Below are positions 1-12,879 of a stretch of DNA of 64,000 nucleotides, one piece after another. The notes under the pieces were generated by a model. It had not been told where the DNA came from. It did no database searches and worked only from the letters and a program-made list of their open reading frames with translations. Positions within the stretch are counted from its first letter, which is position 1. Each line of letters begins with the position of its first letter. The position numbers and the translations under genes are program-made. This stretch comes from Eledone cirrhosa (taxonomy: Eukaryota), in NCBI GenBank assembly GCA_964016885.1, contig OZ024742.1, forward strand, positions 324,074,001 to 324,138,000, in the 5' to 3' direction.

Positions 1-1900
1 TGGACCTCCGTCGGTTTCGACGATTAGTGTTCCGGTTATTCGATCAAACGAACACCCTACGTATTACAACACCATGTTAGTAGCTGAGTATTCCAAAGAC
101 AAATGTACCTTTACCATAATTCTTATGGAGATTCAGCGTAACACTAACAAGGTTGGCTCTCTGAATTAAAGAATTACAAGTACTGTTCATCCAATAAGCT
201 TACACAGAGTTTCTGAGTATACAATTTCACTAACAAGGCATAGGTCACCTGAAGCTATGATAACAGATATTTGCCCAAGATGTCATGCTGTGCAATTGAA
301 CATGGAATCTAATGAATGCAAAGTGAACCTAACCATTTGGCCATGCTGCATACACTCTTGTAGTGTGTACAAGGACAGAAACCCCTTCCTAACCCCTTAA
401 TGTATCAAAAAGCATGGAACATTTACTAAACCATTTTGCTACCAACATTCCTGTCGTTCTGTGATAGAAAACCAACTACTTTAAGCATTTCATGATCCTT
501 ACCCCACCGCATCCCTGGTGCACCTGTCTTGTCCAACCCATTTATGCATGGAAAGTCGAACACATTCCACAATATACCGCCAAATACAACTCACTTGAAG
601 ACTACACCCATTACACGTCGATTATTCCCCTTTTCCAGTAAGCAATATGTAACCTGATGCTTGCTTTCTCATTTTACATGATAAAACACACCTAGTAAAT
701 TTGATCATGTGAGAAGGTTATGCCAATGCTACAACAAAATGTATCCAGTTCACCCTGTAAGAGAGTTATGCTGGTGTCATGAGAAAAAGTACCTAGTCCA
801 TGCTGTAAATCAATCCAAAATGGAACAAAAAATGGTCACTTGATATAACATAGCAGTCTGTTTAACCCATGCAAGCATGGAAAATAGATGTTAAATGGTG
901 ATGATGATGATAACATATTCTAATGAAATGCACCATTTATTTTTGTTTTTTATATGGCTGCAGCACTACCACCTTGCAGGGTGTATATGCTGCTTTTTAT
1001 TGTGGAACTAGTATGACCATCTTACAGAGTGGACTGGTGTTAAGTCGACCATCTTACAGAGTGGACTGGTGTTAAGTCTACCACCCATGAGATTGAGTCT
1101 ACACTGTTCATGCATTTCAATTGTTAAGATATTCAAGAATTTTCAGAAAATACATTTTTTTCCCCATTAAGTTGGTGTCTCTAACATAATGTAACAACAT
1201 TTTCATACATAAAATTATGATGAAAGCTTTAAATTAAAATATAACCATATTTTTTAAAACTGACAATTCATGTATGATAAAATCAGAAGCAGTCCCAAGA
1301 AAATTTATACTAAAAGAGTAGTTTAAAGTGAAATAAAAACGAAATTTACAGTTCACACCAATGCAGGTTTAGCTAGCTTGACATGAGGTTGCATCTCATA
1401 GGAGGTTTCTTGAGTGTTTTAATGATATAAAATGTAACAAAAAATGAAGTGTCTTGCTCAAGAACAACACACCACCCAGTTCAAGAATTGAAACCTTGAT
1501 CTTATGATCATGTGTCCAACATCCAAATCACTAGGCCTTACATCTGTTCATATTTAAATCAACCCCGCCCTCCCCAAAGACACTTTTTTTTAATAAGAAA
1601 AATAACTACTCTCGGGTCCCAAATAATGTGAGGGGGTTGGAATAAGCGGGGAGGTTGGATATTTGCTTAAATTCTTATAAACAGGGTGGGGTATCGGTAA
1701 TTGTAGTGTCCATTTGTAAATATGGGATTTCTTGTAACTCTCTTTGTCATTATAATGTTTTTTAATGTAAAATAAAATTATTATTAGATTTTCCAGCCGT
1801 TGTATCAATATGAATGACTTACAATAAAATTTCGCTGGAGATAGATTACCAAAATTTAGTAAGTGGTATGGCTGGAAAAAATCTGAAATATTAATAAGCA

Positions 1901-1931
<31 letters not shown>

Positions 1932-3862
1932 ACTATTCAAGACTTGAGTGTACTTACTTTGATAAACTGTGTGATTCTTGATAGCCCCCACTACATGTGA
2001 CAACCCCATCTTTTGATGAAATTGTGTTGAAGGGAGTTGACCGGGGTTGAGCTGGGATATAATTTCGTGCAGAAGATGTTGAAATGTCCCATGTCTTTCC
2101 TTCAGATTCAGTTAATATCTGGAATAGTTTAAGAAATTATTATTAATAAAACATGTTTTGATTAGGTAAAAGATCTATTTAAAAAAATATTTTGCAATGG
2201 AATGGCACAAGCAAATAAAGACTATTGTATTACTAGTAAGAAAGGTCACTTGACTGATTGGTATGTAGTTGCTCAACGACACTAACCTCTTAATCACAGA
2301 CATGTTGCCTCCCTTCTCTCTTTTCTATCTATTCCTACTTCAATGATCTCTGCCTGTTGGAGGAGCTTGTTGGTCTCATGTCACCTCCATATTTCCCTAT
2401 TGTGCACTCCCACCACCATCTTAGGCTCTGCACTAACCATTATTCTCAGTCTCACTTCTCAAGAACGACAGATGTTTTTCTTGCAGTCATCAACTTGCAA
2501 CTATATAAATTAAACATTAACTGTGACAATCTTGCCAGTCTTGGAGGGCCTTCAAAAACCATGGGTATAGCCCTTTCCTCCAGAACACTAAAAAATAAAA
2601 AAACATGGACATATATCATCAAATTTTTATGTCCACTTTTCCATGTTGGCATGGGTTAAATGAGTCTTTTAACTTTGAGACAATATTCTACAGCCAGAGG
2701 CTTTTTCTGGTGCCATTCCATATTGTATTTAAGTCATGGCAGTTATTTAGCTGATCCTTGTGGAACTGCTAAACTGTGGGTTATAAAACAAGTGGCACCA
2801 TTTCTATCTTAACTCTTTTTATACCAACCAGCCTAAAACTCACCCTGTTTCTAAAATAAAAAAATTAAATTAAATTTATAGCTCACACCTATGCAGGTTT
2901 AGCTGACCTCCTATGAAGTTGCATGGGTGTTTTGAATATTTTACTAAATCTCTTTATATTATTTTCAAAATTAATTGAAACATAATCTGTGTATTTCATG
3001 GATGGATTGGAGAATCATGCATGGTTTCTACAGCTGGATGCCTTTCTTAATGCCAAACACTCTACAGAGTATACTGGGTGCATTTTATCCTGACACCAGG
3101 ACTAGTGCAGATATACCTAACATCACTATCACTGTTTTTACATCTACTTTTCCATGCTTGAATGGATTGGTCAATACTTTTTAAGCCAATTTTCTATGGC
3201 TGTATACCTATCCTGACACCAACAATTTCTTGTATTTCTAGCCCTTTTGTTTTAATATCCTTTCCTGGGCTATTCTATATTAATGACCAAGCTACCTGAG
3301 TTACTGGCATTTTATCTCAAGGACCACAGATCTGTTTGTCAAGACCAAACTAAAGTTAAGCAAATCAGACATTTGACAATTTAGTCCCTGATATAGAAGA
3401 CAGGATGGTTACAATCTTTGATTATAGATCTGCTGTCAGGACTGACCAAGGGTTAATCAAGTCAGACATATTTGATGATTTAGTCCCTGACATACAAAAA
3501 TTTGGAATGATTACAGAAATGACTTGTGGCTAAACAAAATCTCAACCATATTCAACAATTTAGCTTTTTAGTTTTTACATTACTCTCTATTTTTTTAATT
3601 GTATTTTCACGGTAAAGGCTTTATCACACATATCTAATCTACAAGATTTTGATATTATTTATTTTCAGAACAATACCTTAATGTCAGTATGAGTAGCCGG
3701 TTATGGCTGGTTTGAACAGAAAGAGGAGAGAGAATTCTGGCCAGATACAGCAGGTTTAAATGCTAAAGGGCTAAAAAGAAAAATGGGACAGTGATGTTGA
3801 AATATCTTTGATCATAAGACCAGGAGCTAACAAACAACAAATTTATCAAAATATATTAATAC

Positions 3863-4034
3863 CTTATCTCTGTATAGTGCTGCAGTTTTTGAATTATATT
3901 TCTCTTGGATAGACCATCCCTCATGGTAATCCTCATGTGATTCAAAGAATTCTTTTGCTTTGTTATTGCCTCCCACTTTCATTTTTTCAAGTTCACTGTC
4001 TTTCCATTTATCCATGGAGACTGATCGAACAAAG
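3863..4034 (-). CDS. ARFGAP1: ARFGAP1 coding exon 3 (end of ArfGAP domain); gene continues beyond the left edge
   Basis: tttcag acceptor; (S)FVRSVSMDKWKDSELEKMKVGGNNKAKEFFESHEDYHEGWSIQEKYNSKTAALYRDK; GTATTA donor; phase matches exon 2. Confidence 0.95.
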
Positions 4035-4553
4035 CTGAAAATAGAGAGAATGGAGAATGAAAATAAATTGACATGACAACCCCCCCCCCCCCCCTTATAC
4101 AACCTGTAAGATAGTTGCCATTTTTATTGCAAGGTTCACAGATAACCTTTTGAACAACTGCTTATTTGTGTGTGATCAGTCGTGTTTTGTGCATTCGCTA
4201 TTCCATGAATGACATAACGTGCAATGCTTGCTGATGTGTTGTAGTGTTAACTTAATACATTTTTTTCAGATCTATGTTTATTTTATACATTGAAAACCAA
4301 ATCCCAATTAATCATGTTAGAGGCTGGCAATAAATGATTGACAATTGAACAGCATGTCTTCATTGTAAAAACATTTTACTAATCTACACTGAACTTCATT
4401 GTGAAAATTCCCCTTAGGAATTGAATTTCTTGTTTTCTAAAGACATTTACTCATAATTGTCCTGATGTAACTATTTTTGTAAGCTGGGTGTTTATAATTG
4501 ACTCATTACCTTCCATAGTGGAAGAGCTTAGCAGCAGAGTGTAAAATAGTTTA

Positions 4554-5045
4554 CTGTATACACTCGAATATAAGCCGATCAGAATATAAGCTGACCCTTT
4601 ATTTTATGTTTGAGAAATAGGCAAAAATCCTTACCACATTTATAAGCTGAGGTTAGTAATCAACATATGTTTAAGTGGTGCAGTTTTGAAATTCTTATGA
4701 GTGGAGAATAAATTTCAAAGTTTTAATATTTTGATGTTTATGTTTTAAGTGCTGTTTACAGTATAGTTTTTATTTCAGAACTTCATTATGTAATGATTTT
4801 TTTTTACCAATTTCCAACCATTTTGAGGGCCATATTCATTCAAAACACATCAAAACCATTAGGAAAAACAAATTTCACTGCCAAAGTGATACCCATGTAA
4901 TATTTGCCTCCAAAATGAAACCTCGAAAGTGAAAATATTTTAGCACCTCAATTATGAAGGATTTTGAAGTTGGTGAAAATCAGCAAAATGTTGACCTTCA
5001 ATTTTTTTGTCACATAATTCTCAGCTTATATATGAGTATATACAG
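4554..5045. mobile_element. pogo/Tigger-like MITE (second partial copy about 58290-58686)
   Basis: TA-flanked TIRs ctgtatacactcgaatataagc and gcttatatatgagtatatacag; internal sequence recurs at about 58.3-58.7 kb. Confidence 0.65.
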
Positions 5046-7930
5046 TAATTGATGGGTCATATAAAGAACAGCAACAACAGCAGAAGCAGTTACTGACATT
5101 TCATTTATGTTTGGCTAACTAATAAATATGCTGTAGCTAATGTAATTATTTCCACTTTTACACATTGATGCCATTTACTTACTGCTACATTCGGCATATA
5201 AATGTTGTTCAAGCATCTGCCAGTCTATGGATAACCCTCTCATTACCATATTTCTAATAAAAGATGCTATGATTTTCGAATAGCTTTGAAAATAATCAAG
5301 AATTTGGAGAGATTTAACAAAGGTTTTTACATAAAATTATGATGGGAGGTTTTTAGATAATAAACACTTAATATAAACTACCATTCTCTATGAAGCTGCT
5401 TATCTTGAGGTGTAGCAATGACTGCATAATTAAGATTTCATTTGGCAATCATTTGGTTCTGGGTCTGATTCCATAGCATGACACCTTTGGCAAGTGCTTT
5501 CTACCATAGTCTCAGTCTCATCCAAGCCTTGTGAGTGAAACTGGATTATATGGATGTGCAGAAACCTTGTCAGATGGACTGTTATCTTTTATTCTGTGGT
5601 AGATCTAACCCAATCCATTCTGGATCTAACCCAATCCATTTTGGATCTGGTCTTCAGACTAAGAATAACTCAATCTTGATAGGCTGCCTTACTACTACAG
5701 CAATCCATGAGTCATAGTGTTTCTCCTCCCTTTAGCCTCGTCAGTTGTGAAGGGCTTGTAAAACATCATGGGTACTGTCCTTCACTTCTTTGATTAAACA
5801 TTGAAATTTATTTGTGTAATGAAGGTGTGCAGCCTAGTAGTTAAGGTTTTGGACTCATGATTGTATGATCATGGGCTTGATTCCTGGACCAGGTAGCATG
5901 TGTCCTTGAGCAAGACACTTCATTTCACATGACTCGTACACTCAGCTGAAACAAATGAGTGTCAGCAGGAGCTGGTGTTTAACTCTATGACAGACTGGCA
6001 TCATGTCCAGCAGTGATCTTGTACTATCAGCCAATGCCCATAAAACATGCACTGTTTTGATGACACTCTGGGCTCTTGGGACAAACTTTTTTTTTCTTTA
6101 TATATTTGTGTACACATATGCAGAAAAATTATATATAGCTGTACATACACAAACATAAAAATAATTAAAAAAATATATATATGTATTTGTAAAATAACAC
6201 ACATAGGTAAACATAATTATGAAAAATACAAAGAAATTAAAAATAAAAATTTAACCATACATAAAAATTCTATATACAATCACATTATATACCTAAAAAT
6301 TTAAATGAAGTCAATGAAATCATTGTTGAATGTGTTGAAAATATGAAAGAAAGTTTTCTTTATCTAACTTTATGTAACAATTATTCCACAAGGTATGGTG
6401 ATTGTAAGAGCATTCAGGTCATACTATCTATAGGAAATACTTGATTCTTTACAATTTACTTGAGCTATTATATGATTTGTAACACTGTTTTTCTTACAGG
6501 ATTTGAATTGTCAAACGACTATCGAAATTAGGAGACTAGAACTTGACTCTACCTACATTGTTACCCATCATTTGACAAGTGACTTATATAGACATATTGT
6601 ATGTATAGTCCCATAACTCCTAGGGGAGTCGTGGGGGCACCGTATTGACATACTGCGTTTCTTGGGCATTTTAAGCCTGGCGGAACCCATCTCTCTCCAG
6701 GCCTGAGTACAGCAGATTTCTTCCAGAGAAAGAATCGACCCCAGTACTAGACTGGTACTTTTTTTTTATCAACCTAGAAAGAATGAAAGGCAAAGTTGAC
6801 CTCGGCGGGATTTGAACCCCAAAGCAGAGAGCCAGAACGAATACTGTAAAACATTCTATCTAACGTTTTAACGACTCTGCCAATTTGCTGCCTATAGACA
6901 TATTAGGGACTCTAATATATCTATGCTGATTAGGACTGATGTTATCATTAATAATCATTTTTATCTTTTTATGTGTTTCCATGGGTTAAATGAGACATTT
7001 TTGAGACAATATTCTCTATGTAGGTGCCTCCCCTGACACCGAGCTTAAATTTTAAAGAATGGTCTATCTTCATGTGTCAAGCTGCTAAGCTGCAGAATAT
7101 ATATGATACAGCACTTAACCATTTAAGAGTCAAACAAATATACATTAAATACATATATAGAGTCCTATCAGTTGCTATTATTCAGGCCAGACAGGGCAGT
7201 GGATTGGCAGAGTTGTTAAGAGCATCTGAACAATGCTTTGTGGCATTTCTTGTCTCTTTACATTCTGAATTTAAATCCTGCTGTGGTCAACTTTGCTTTT
7301 CATCTGTCCAAGGTTGATAAAATAAAGTACCAGACATGTACTGGGGTTGATATAATCAGCTTTCTCCTTCCCATAAATTGCTGGCCTTATGTCTAAATTA
7401 GAAACCATTATTCAGACCAAATCTTCAATTTCAAGATGACTGTCTTTCTTCCTCCTACCAGTCTTGGACACGTTAAAAAGGGTCATGGGTGGACACTTCT
7501 CTCCCTGACTAGACACTAAAACAATATTCATTAGACATATAAACACCAAGGTTCAATCTGTAAACATGTTTCTCTTCTCAATCTCAAAATGAAGCATATA
7601 ATTATGTTCATCATAATTATGTTATCATCATCATTGCCATTTAGCATCCATTCTTCCATGGTTACATGGGTTAGAAGGGTTATCCATGCCGGAAGGCAAG
7701 TCTGGCCATGTCGCACCTTGCCCCGACAAGGACTGTAAATTTGGCCGGGTATTTTACAGCTGGATGCCCTTCCTGACACCAACCACATTTACAGTGTGGA
7801 ACTGGATGGCTCCATTATGAGGAGGGACAAGCCAGATCATTTGGCAATGAATATTTTGGCAGTCAATTTATTCATAAATATATATTATCATTATATTGAA
7901 TTAACTAATTCATTTAGCCAATGTTGAGTA

Positions 7931-8264
7931 GGCACATGGCTTAGTGGTTAGAGCATTGGCCTTGCAATCAAAAGGCTGTGAGTTCAATTCTCGGACCGGG
8001 TGATGTGTTGTTTCCTTGAGCAAGACACTTTATTTCACATTGCTTCAGTTTACTCAGCTGTAGAAATGAGATGATAGGGACTGGGGTCCATATCATTCCA
8101 CTGCAAACTGGTCGTGGAGGTGCCACAGCAAAAAAAAGCACCCAGCACTCACTGTAAATAAGGTTGGTGTTAGGAAGGGCATCCAGCTGTAGAAATCAAG
8201 CCAGAATCAATTCCCGTCCCACCCTTGCAAGCAGGGAAAGGCGGATTTAATGATGATGATGATG
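7931..8264 (+). mobile_element. tRNA-derived SINE, family A
   Basis: A-box TGGCTTAGTGG, B-box-like GTGAGTTCAATTC, CORE-like ccttgagcaagacactt segment, (ATG)n tail; near-identical copies elsewhere in the window. Confidence 0.85.
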
Positions 8265-8503
8265 AGTAATTTGGTTTATTTTGTTGAATATTTTTTGCCA
8301 ACATGCATACACATACAATCATTTTAAATCCATGTTTCTTGCTAAAGCTGGCCTTGTGAGCCACATGAGAGATTTCATACTCATCCAGGGGTTCTTTTTG
8401 CGGTAATGTTTTATAGCAGGATGCACTTCCTCGCACCAATCAATTTGGATGCCTTTTATGAAATGCAGGGATATAGTGTACCTATTTTAAACCCAATACA
8501 CAC

Positions 8504-8536
<33 letters not shown>

Positions 8537-8625
8537 CTATGTATGCATATATATATATATATATCCGTATGTGATTGACAGCTGAGAGAAAAGAGCACTC
8601 AACACTGAAGTAGAGTTTAAATATT

Positions 8626-8750
8626 CATTTTATTAAGGCTAAATAGTGAGTCTTGTTATTCTGCACACAGGGTCATCAGACAAAATGACCCTGTGATAAA
8701 CAAGTGAAAGTCCAGAGTAACAAGACTCACTATTTAGCCTTAATAAAATG
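8626..8750. repeat. Fold-back with split hammerhead remnant
   Basis: Outer arms cattttattaaggctaaatagtgagtcttgtta and taacaagactcactatttagccttaataaaatg; inner hairpin cacagggtcat/atgaccctgtg. Confidence 0.75.
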
Positions 8751-8971
8751 TATGTATGTATGCATGCATGCATGCATGCATGCATGTGTGTGTATGTATG
8801 TATATGGCGGATTAGGGACCCCGACAGCTGAGCTACTGCCGTTTCAACAGCTAGATCTGAACTCAGCTGCGGGGGTCCTGAATCCACCATATTACCCACT
8901 CTACTACCCCAAGTATTGAGTACTCTGTTGAGTAATGCTCAAAAACTGTTTTTACTGCTTCCATTCTCATT

Positions 8972-9055
<84 letters not shown>

Positions 9056-9314
9056 CATATATATATACATATACATATCATCATCATCGTTTAACATCTA
9101 TCTTCCATGCTAGCATGGGTTTAGACAGGAATTGTCCCACTTGAGGCAAGATAGGACTGTCTGGCATGTTTATACATACATACAAGTGGAGAGATGCTGT
9201 GCTGAATAGGACCCGTCCCACCCTTGCAAACAGGGAAAAGCAGACGTAAAATGATGATGATATATACATACATATATATGTATTAGTATAGTTAATACAA
9301 AGCATTGTGAGATA

Positions 9315-9595
9315 TGTAATAAATGACTGATGAGTTTTAGAAAGCCGGTACACTGTGGTAGAAATATATAAAGCATGAAGGGTGACAAATAAAACAAAAC
9401 AAAGGGAAGAAAACATTGATTGTTCATTTTGTTTTGAACCGTTTTTGTTTTACATTTGAAAAGTGGGTAATAGCCCTGAAATATGTTGAAATATACTGGG
9501 TAATACATTATTTTATTTTCCTTGTCATCCTTTGCCCTTTATATATTTCTACTGCATTGTACCGGCTTTCTGCAATTTATCAGTCACTTATTACA
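9315..9595. repeat. Imperfect inverted repeat (about 74-bp arms)
   Basis: Arm 9315-9388 versus arm 9522-9595; next to a long (TA)n tract. Confidence 0.75.
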
Positions 9596-9605
9596 CACAC
9601 ATTAT

Positions 9606-9694
<89 letters not shown>

Positions 9695-9871
9695 TGATGA
9701 TGATGATGATGATGATGATATATATATATATAACCAAAGATTAATATGGTTCATTGATTACTCAATGAATATAGTTTTACAATAGATTAAAAGCACTCTA
9801 CAAGGAAGTTTTCTGGAGTTATTAATATTATTCAGAATATTAATAAATGAAGACATTCACATAATCAAAAT

Positions 9872-9943
9872 ATATGGTTTATTATATATATTTCGAAGGA
9901 ACTGTGCTGTTTTTTCAGTACGTCCTCGTCAGATAAAATACAT
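9872..9943 (-). ncRNA. Minimal type I hammerhead ribozyme motif (inverted twin)
   Basis: Reverse complement: UUUUAU CUGACGA GGACGUACUG AAAAAACAGCA CAGUUCCUUC GAAA UAUAUA UA AUAAAC. Core is intact; stem II is weaker than in the plus-strand copy. Confidence 0.6.
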
Positions 9944-10009
9944 GAATTGATGTATGACAATATTGGAATTGAACCATCAAGACCGTTGAGGTATGTCATA
10001 CATCAATTC

Positions 10010-10079
10010 ATGTATTTTATCTGATGAGGATGTACTGAAAAAACAGCACAGTACTTTCGAAATATATATAATAAAACAT
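10010..10079 (+). ncRNA. Minimal type I hammerhead ribozyme motif
   Basis: Stem I UUUUAU/AUAAAA (extended by AUG/CAU); core CUGAUGA at 10021-10027; stem II GGAUGUACUG/CAGUACUUUC; GAAA at 10059-10062; palindromic stem III AUAUAUAU; cleavage triplet AUA ending at 10070. Confidence 0.7.
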
Positions 10080-10152
10080 ATATTTTGATTATGTGAATGT
10101 TCTTTTATTAATATTCTGAATAATATAATATATATATATATATATATATACA

Positions 10153-10490
10153 CATCATCATCATCATCATCATTTCATTTTACGTCCCCCTTTCCCTGCT
10201 TGCAAGGGTGGGACGGGAACTGATTCTGGCTCGATTTCTACAGCTGGATGCCCTTCCTAACACCAACCTCATTTACAGTGAGTGCTGGGTGCTTTTTTGC
10301 CGTGGCACCTCCACGACCACTTTGCAGTGGAATGATATGGACCCTAGTCCCTATCATCTCATTTCTACAGCTGAGTAAACTGGAGCAATGTGGAATAAAG
10401 TGTCTTGCTCAAGGAAACAACACATCACCTGATCTGAGAATTGAACTCACAACCTTTCGATTGCAAGGCCAATGCTCTAACCACTAAGCT
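10153..10490 (-). mobile_element. tRNA-derived SINE, family A (inverted copy)
   Basis: Reverse complement of 7931-8264 with a (CAT)n tail on the left. Confidence 0.85.
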
Positions 10491-12469
10491 ATATTATATA
10501 TATTTATTATATATATATATATATATATATTTATTATATCTACACACACACACACAGATATACTGAGACTGGAATTATGAGATTTTAATTATAGCATTAT
10601 TTACAAGAGATGATCTAATATAAAACCAGAATCAACTGGCATTTTCAGGGACTGGTCAGTTACAAAGGCTGAGCCACTACTACTTTACAAGTGGACAACA
10701 CTCTGTGGCTTAGGTTTTCTTACATTTAAAAACAAACATACTTTTTGTTATTGATTGATGTAGCCATCTCAATTGATAAAAATCTCTAGTAGTAGATATA
10801 CTACTCACCCCAATGACTTGTTGCTATGGTTTTTATGTAATACAACAAAACATCTTATTTTTAAGCTGGACACCACATTGATTATACACCCACATACACA
10901 TGTATACATATACACACAAACACATACATCTATACATACATACACACATATATAAATATGAATTACACGAAGTGCTGTTCAGCTGCTTTTTTTATGGTTG
11001 ACTTCTGTGTAACAATAGCCATTCAACCATGACGTGTGACAGACTAACACATGAGCAAAGAACAAGGATGACTAGAAGGTGCAATACTGCAGATACATAT
11101 CTAACAAATGTTAGAAAAATCGTCATCATCATCATCACTGTTGTCATATTTGTTCTATGTCTGTTTTCTGGGCTGGATGGGTTGTGACAGCTTGAGACTG
11201 GATGGGTTAGAGTATTTTATTTTGCTCATATGTTCTATCTTTGGCATGGTTTCTACAGCTGGATGCTTTCTTAATTCCAACCACTTCAAAGAATGTACTG
11301 AGTGCATTTTATCATGGCACCAACACTACCACTTTACAGGGTGTACTGGGTGCATTTTATTGTGACACCGGAACAACATCAGATGTACTTAACAACTGTG
11401 AATTAGAACACATCATCACTATCATTGATTTTACATCTACTTTTCCATGCTGGAATTGATTAGACAACTCCTTTTGAAGCAGTTTTCTACAGCTAGATAC
11501 CCTTCCTGACATCAACCCATACTTCTTATTTTAATCCTTTAGTTACCATATTTCTAATGAAATCCACTGTTTATAAGTTTCAAATAATTTTGAAAGTAAT
11601 CAAGAATTTGGAGGGATTTAGTATAACTAACTTTCTCATTATGAAGTAAGTTTTCTGAGATGTTTTTCTAAGGCAAGATACCAGATATGTGTATTGCAGG
11701 ACATATTGCTTATGGAGGACATAAATGAGCATTACCATTTGCTTTTTAAATGGTGTTGACTGTCAATCACAAATACACAAACATATATATATATGACAGG
11801 CTTCCTTACAGTTTTTGTCTATTGAATTCATATTCACACACAAAGCTTTGGTCATACTGAAGCTATAGCAAAAGACAGTTGCTTAAGGTGCCAAGACAAC
11901 AGTTCTTAAGTTACCACTTTAGACAACACCCACCCCTTCCCCACTCATCAAAAGATTTGCAAGTGCACAATTTAGGTTTCAGTCTTTAGTGGTAGCTATT
12001 TTCACTCACAGTGTTTATGAATGCTCTTGGGAAAGATGAGAATGGGCAAGTTCCTTAATGTTTTTAATGATATCTCTGATCATGAAAAGGTCAACATAAT
12101 TAAATATTTATTGCAGTAGTGAATAGAATAATAAAATGAAGTATTTATTACTCTAGTGATCATTGTGCATTGTTATAGCAGGTTATATATGTATAAGCAC
12201 TGTTGAGAGAATATGAATCCTAGATATATAGGAAATAACTGTGGTCGCTGTTGTTTGTATATGTCTTATGTAAATAATACATCCTTTAGAGTAGCAGTCT
12301 GACAAAAGATCAGTGATAGATACATTAATTATGAGTAAAGTATGAGTTGGCACCAGGAAAGGCATCTGATCTCAGAAAAATTGCCTTAAAATGTATTGTT
12401 CAAGATAATAATGCAGGTGTGTGTGTGTGTGTATGCATATGTATATATATATATAATATATATACATAG

Positions 12470-12875
12470 GGGGAGAGATGACCCCTTAGCCTTTGTCAAG
12501 GCAGAATTCTAGGAGAAGGAAAACTCTGATATAACACCTGCAGCCCTGATGGTATCCAATGATGTTGACTCCTTCTTTTTGGTAAATATCATCTTGGTTA
12601 AGAGAGTGGGACTGGCTTTGTGCATTGCCTTTGCTCACTATAAAAGCTTCACAGCACAGGCATTGCTTTATATCTGGAGATCTCTCTGCACTTGTCGTCA
12701 CATGGTACCATGGGCCCTGCACTGTGTCAATAATTGTCATAAGTGTAGTGTTTGTACCAGAGTTTTCAAGTCGCTGGCTGGACTTAAAAGTCACACTCGT
12801 TCAGCGCATCAGTAGGGGTTCTCCTACATGGATATAAAGTAGTGGCCGTACTCGAAAACGAGTTGGCAGCCACCA
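12470..12875 (+). mobile_element. Internally deleted RTE-like non-autonomous element
   Basis: RTE-like 5' UTR motif ggagaaggaaaactctgat joined to a C-terminal C2H2 finger HKCSVCTRVFKSLAGLKSHTRSAH-stop and a short 3' UTR. Confidence 0.5.
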
Positions 12876-12879
12876 TATA

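Larger units (their letters stand above)
9825..10126. mobile_element. Fold-back element (about 135-bp arms, 34-nt loop), probably inverted Penelope-like pseudo-LTRs
   Basis: Arms 9825-9959 and 9994-10126 are near-perfect reverse complements; (TA)n on both sides; each arm carries a hammerhead motif. Confidence 0.7.

Noticed and set aside
1017-1079. Short tandem duplications (also 5601-5648 and 40640-40695)
   Set aside because: Two-copy 21-31 bp slippage duplications within decayed repeats; no evidence of function.
3827-4102. 91-aa ORF as a standalone gene
   Set aside because: Only 3863-4034 is an ARFGAP1 exon; the flanks are intron read-through. The same applies to the ORFs at 47667, 53585, 54729 and 56072, which contain TAF2 exons.
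7931-8005. tRNA gene
   Set aside because: The A and B boxes belong to a SINE head; there is no full cloverleaf and it continues into SINE body and tail.
8916-9785. ORFs rich in YI, CV or HT repeats (also near 16447-16675, 26612-26939, 36966-37399, 53721-54094)
   Set aside because: They are translations of (TA)n, (TG)n and (CA)n microsatellites with no coding signal.
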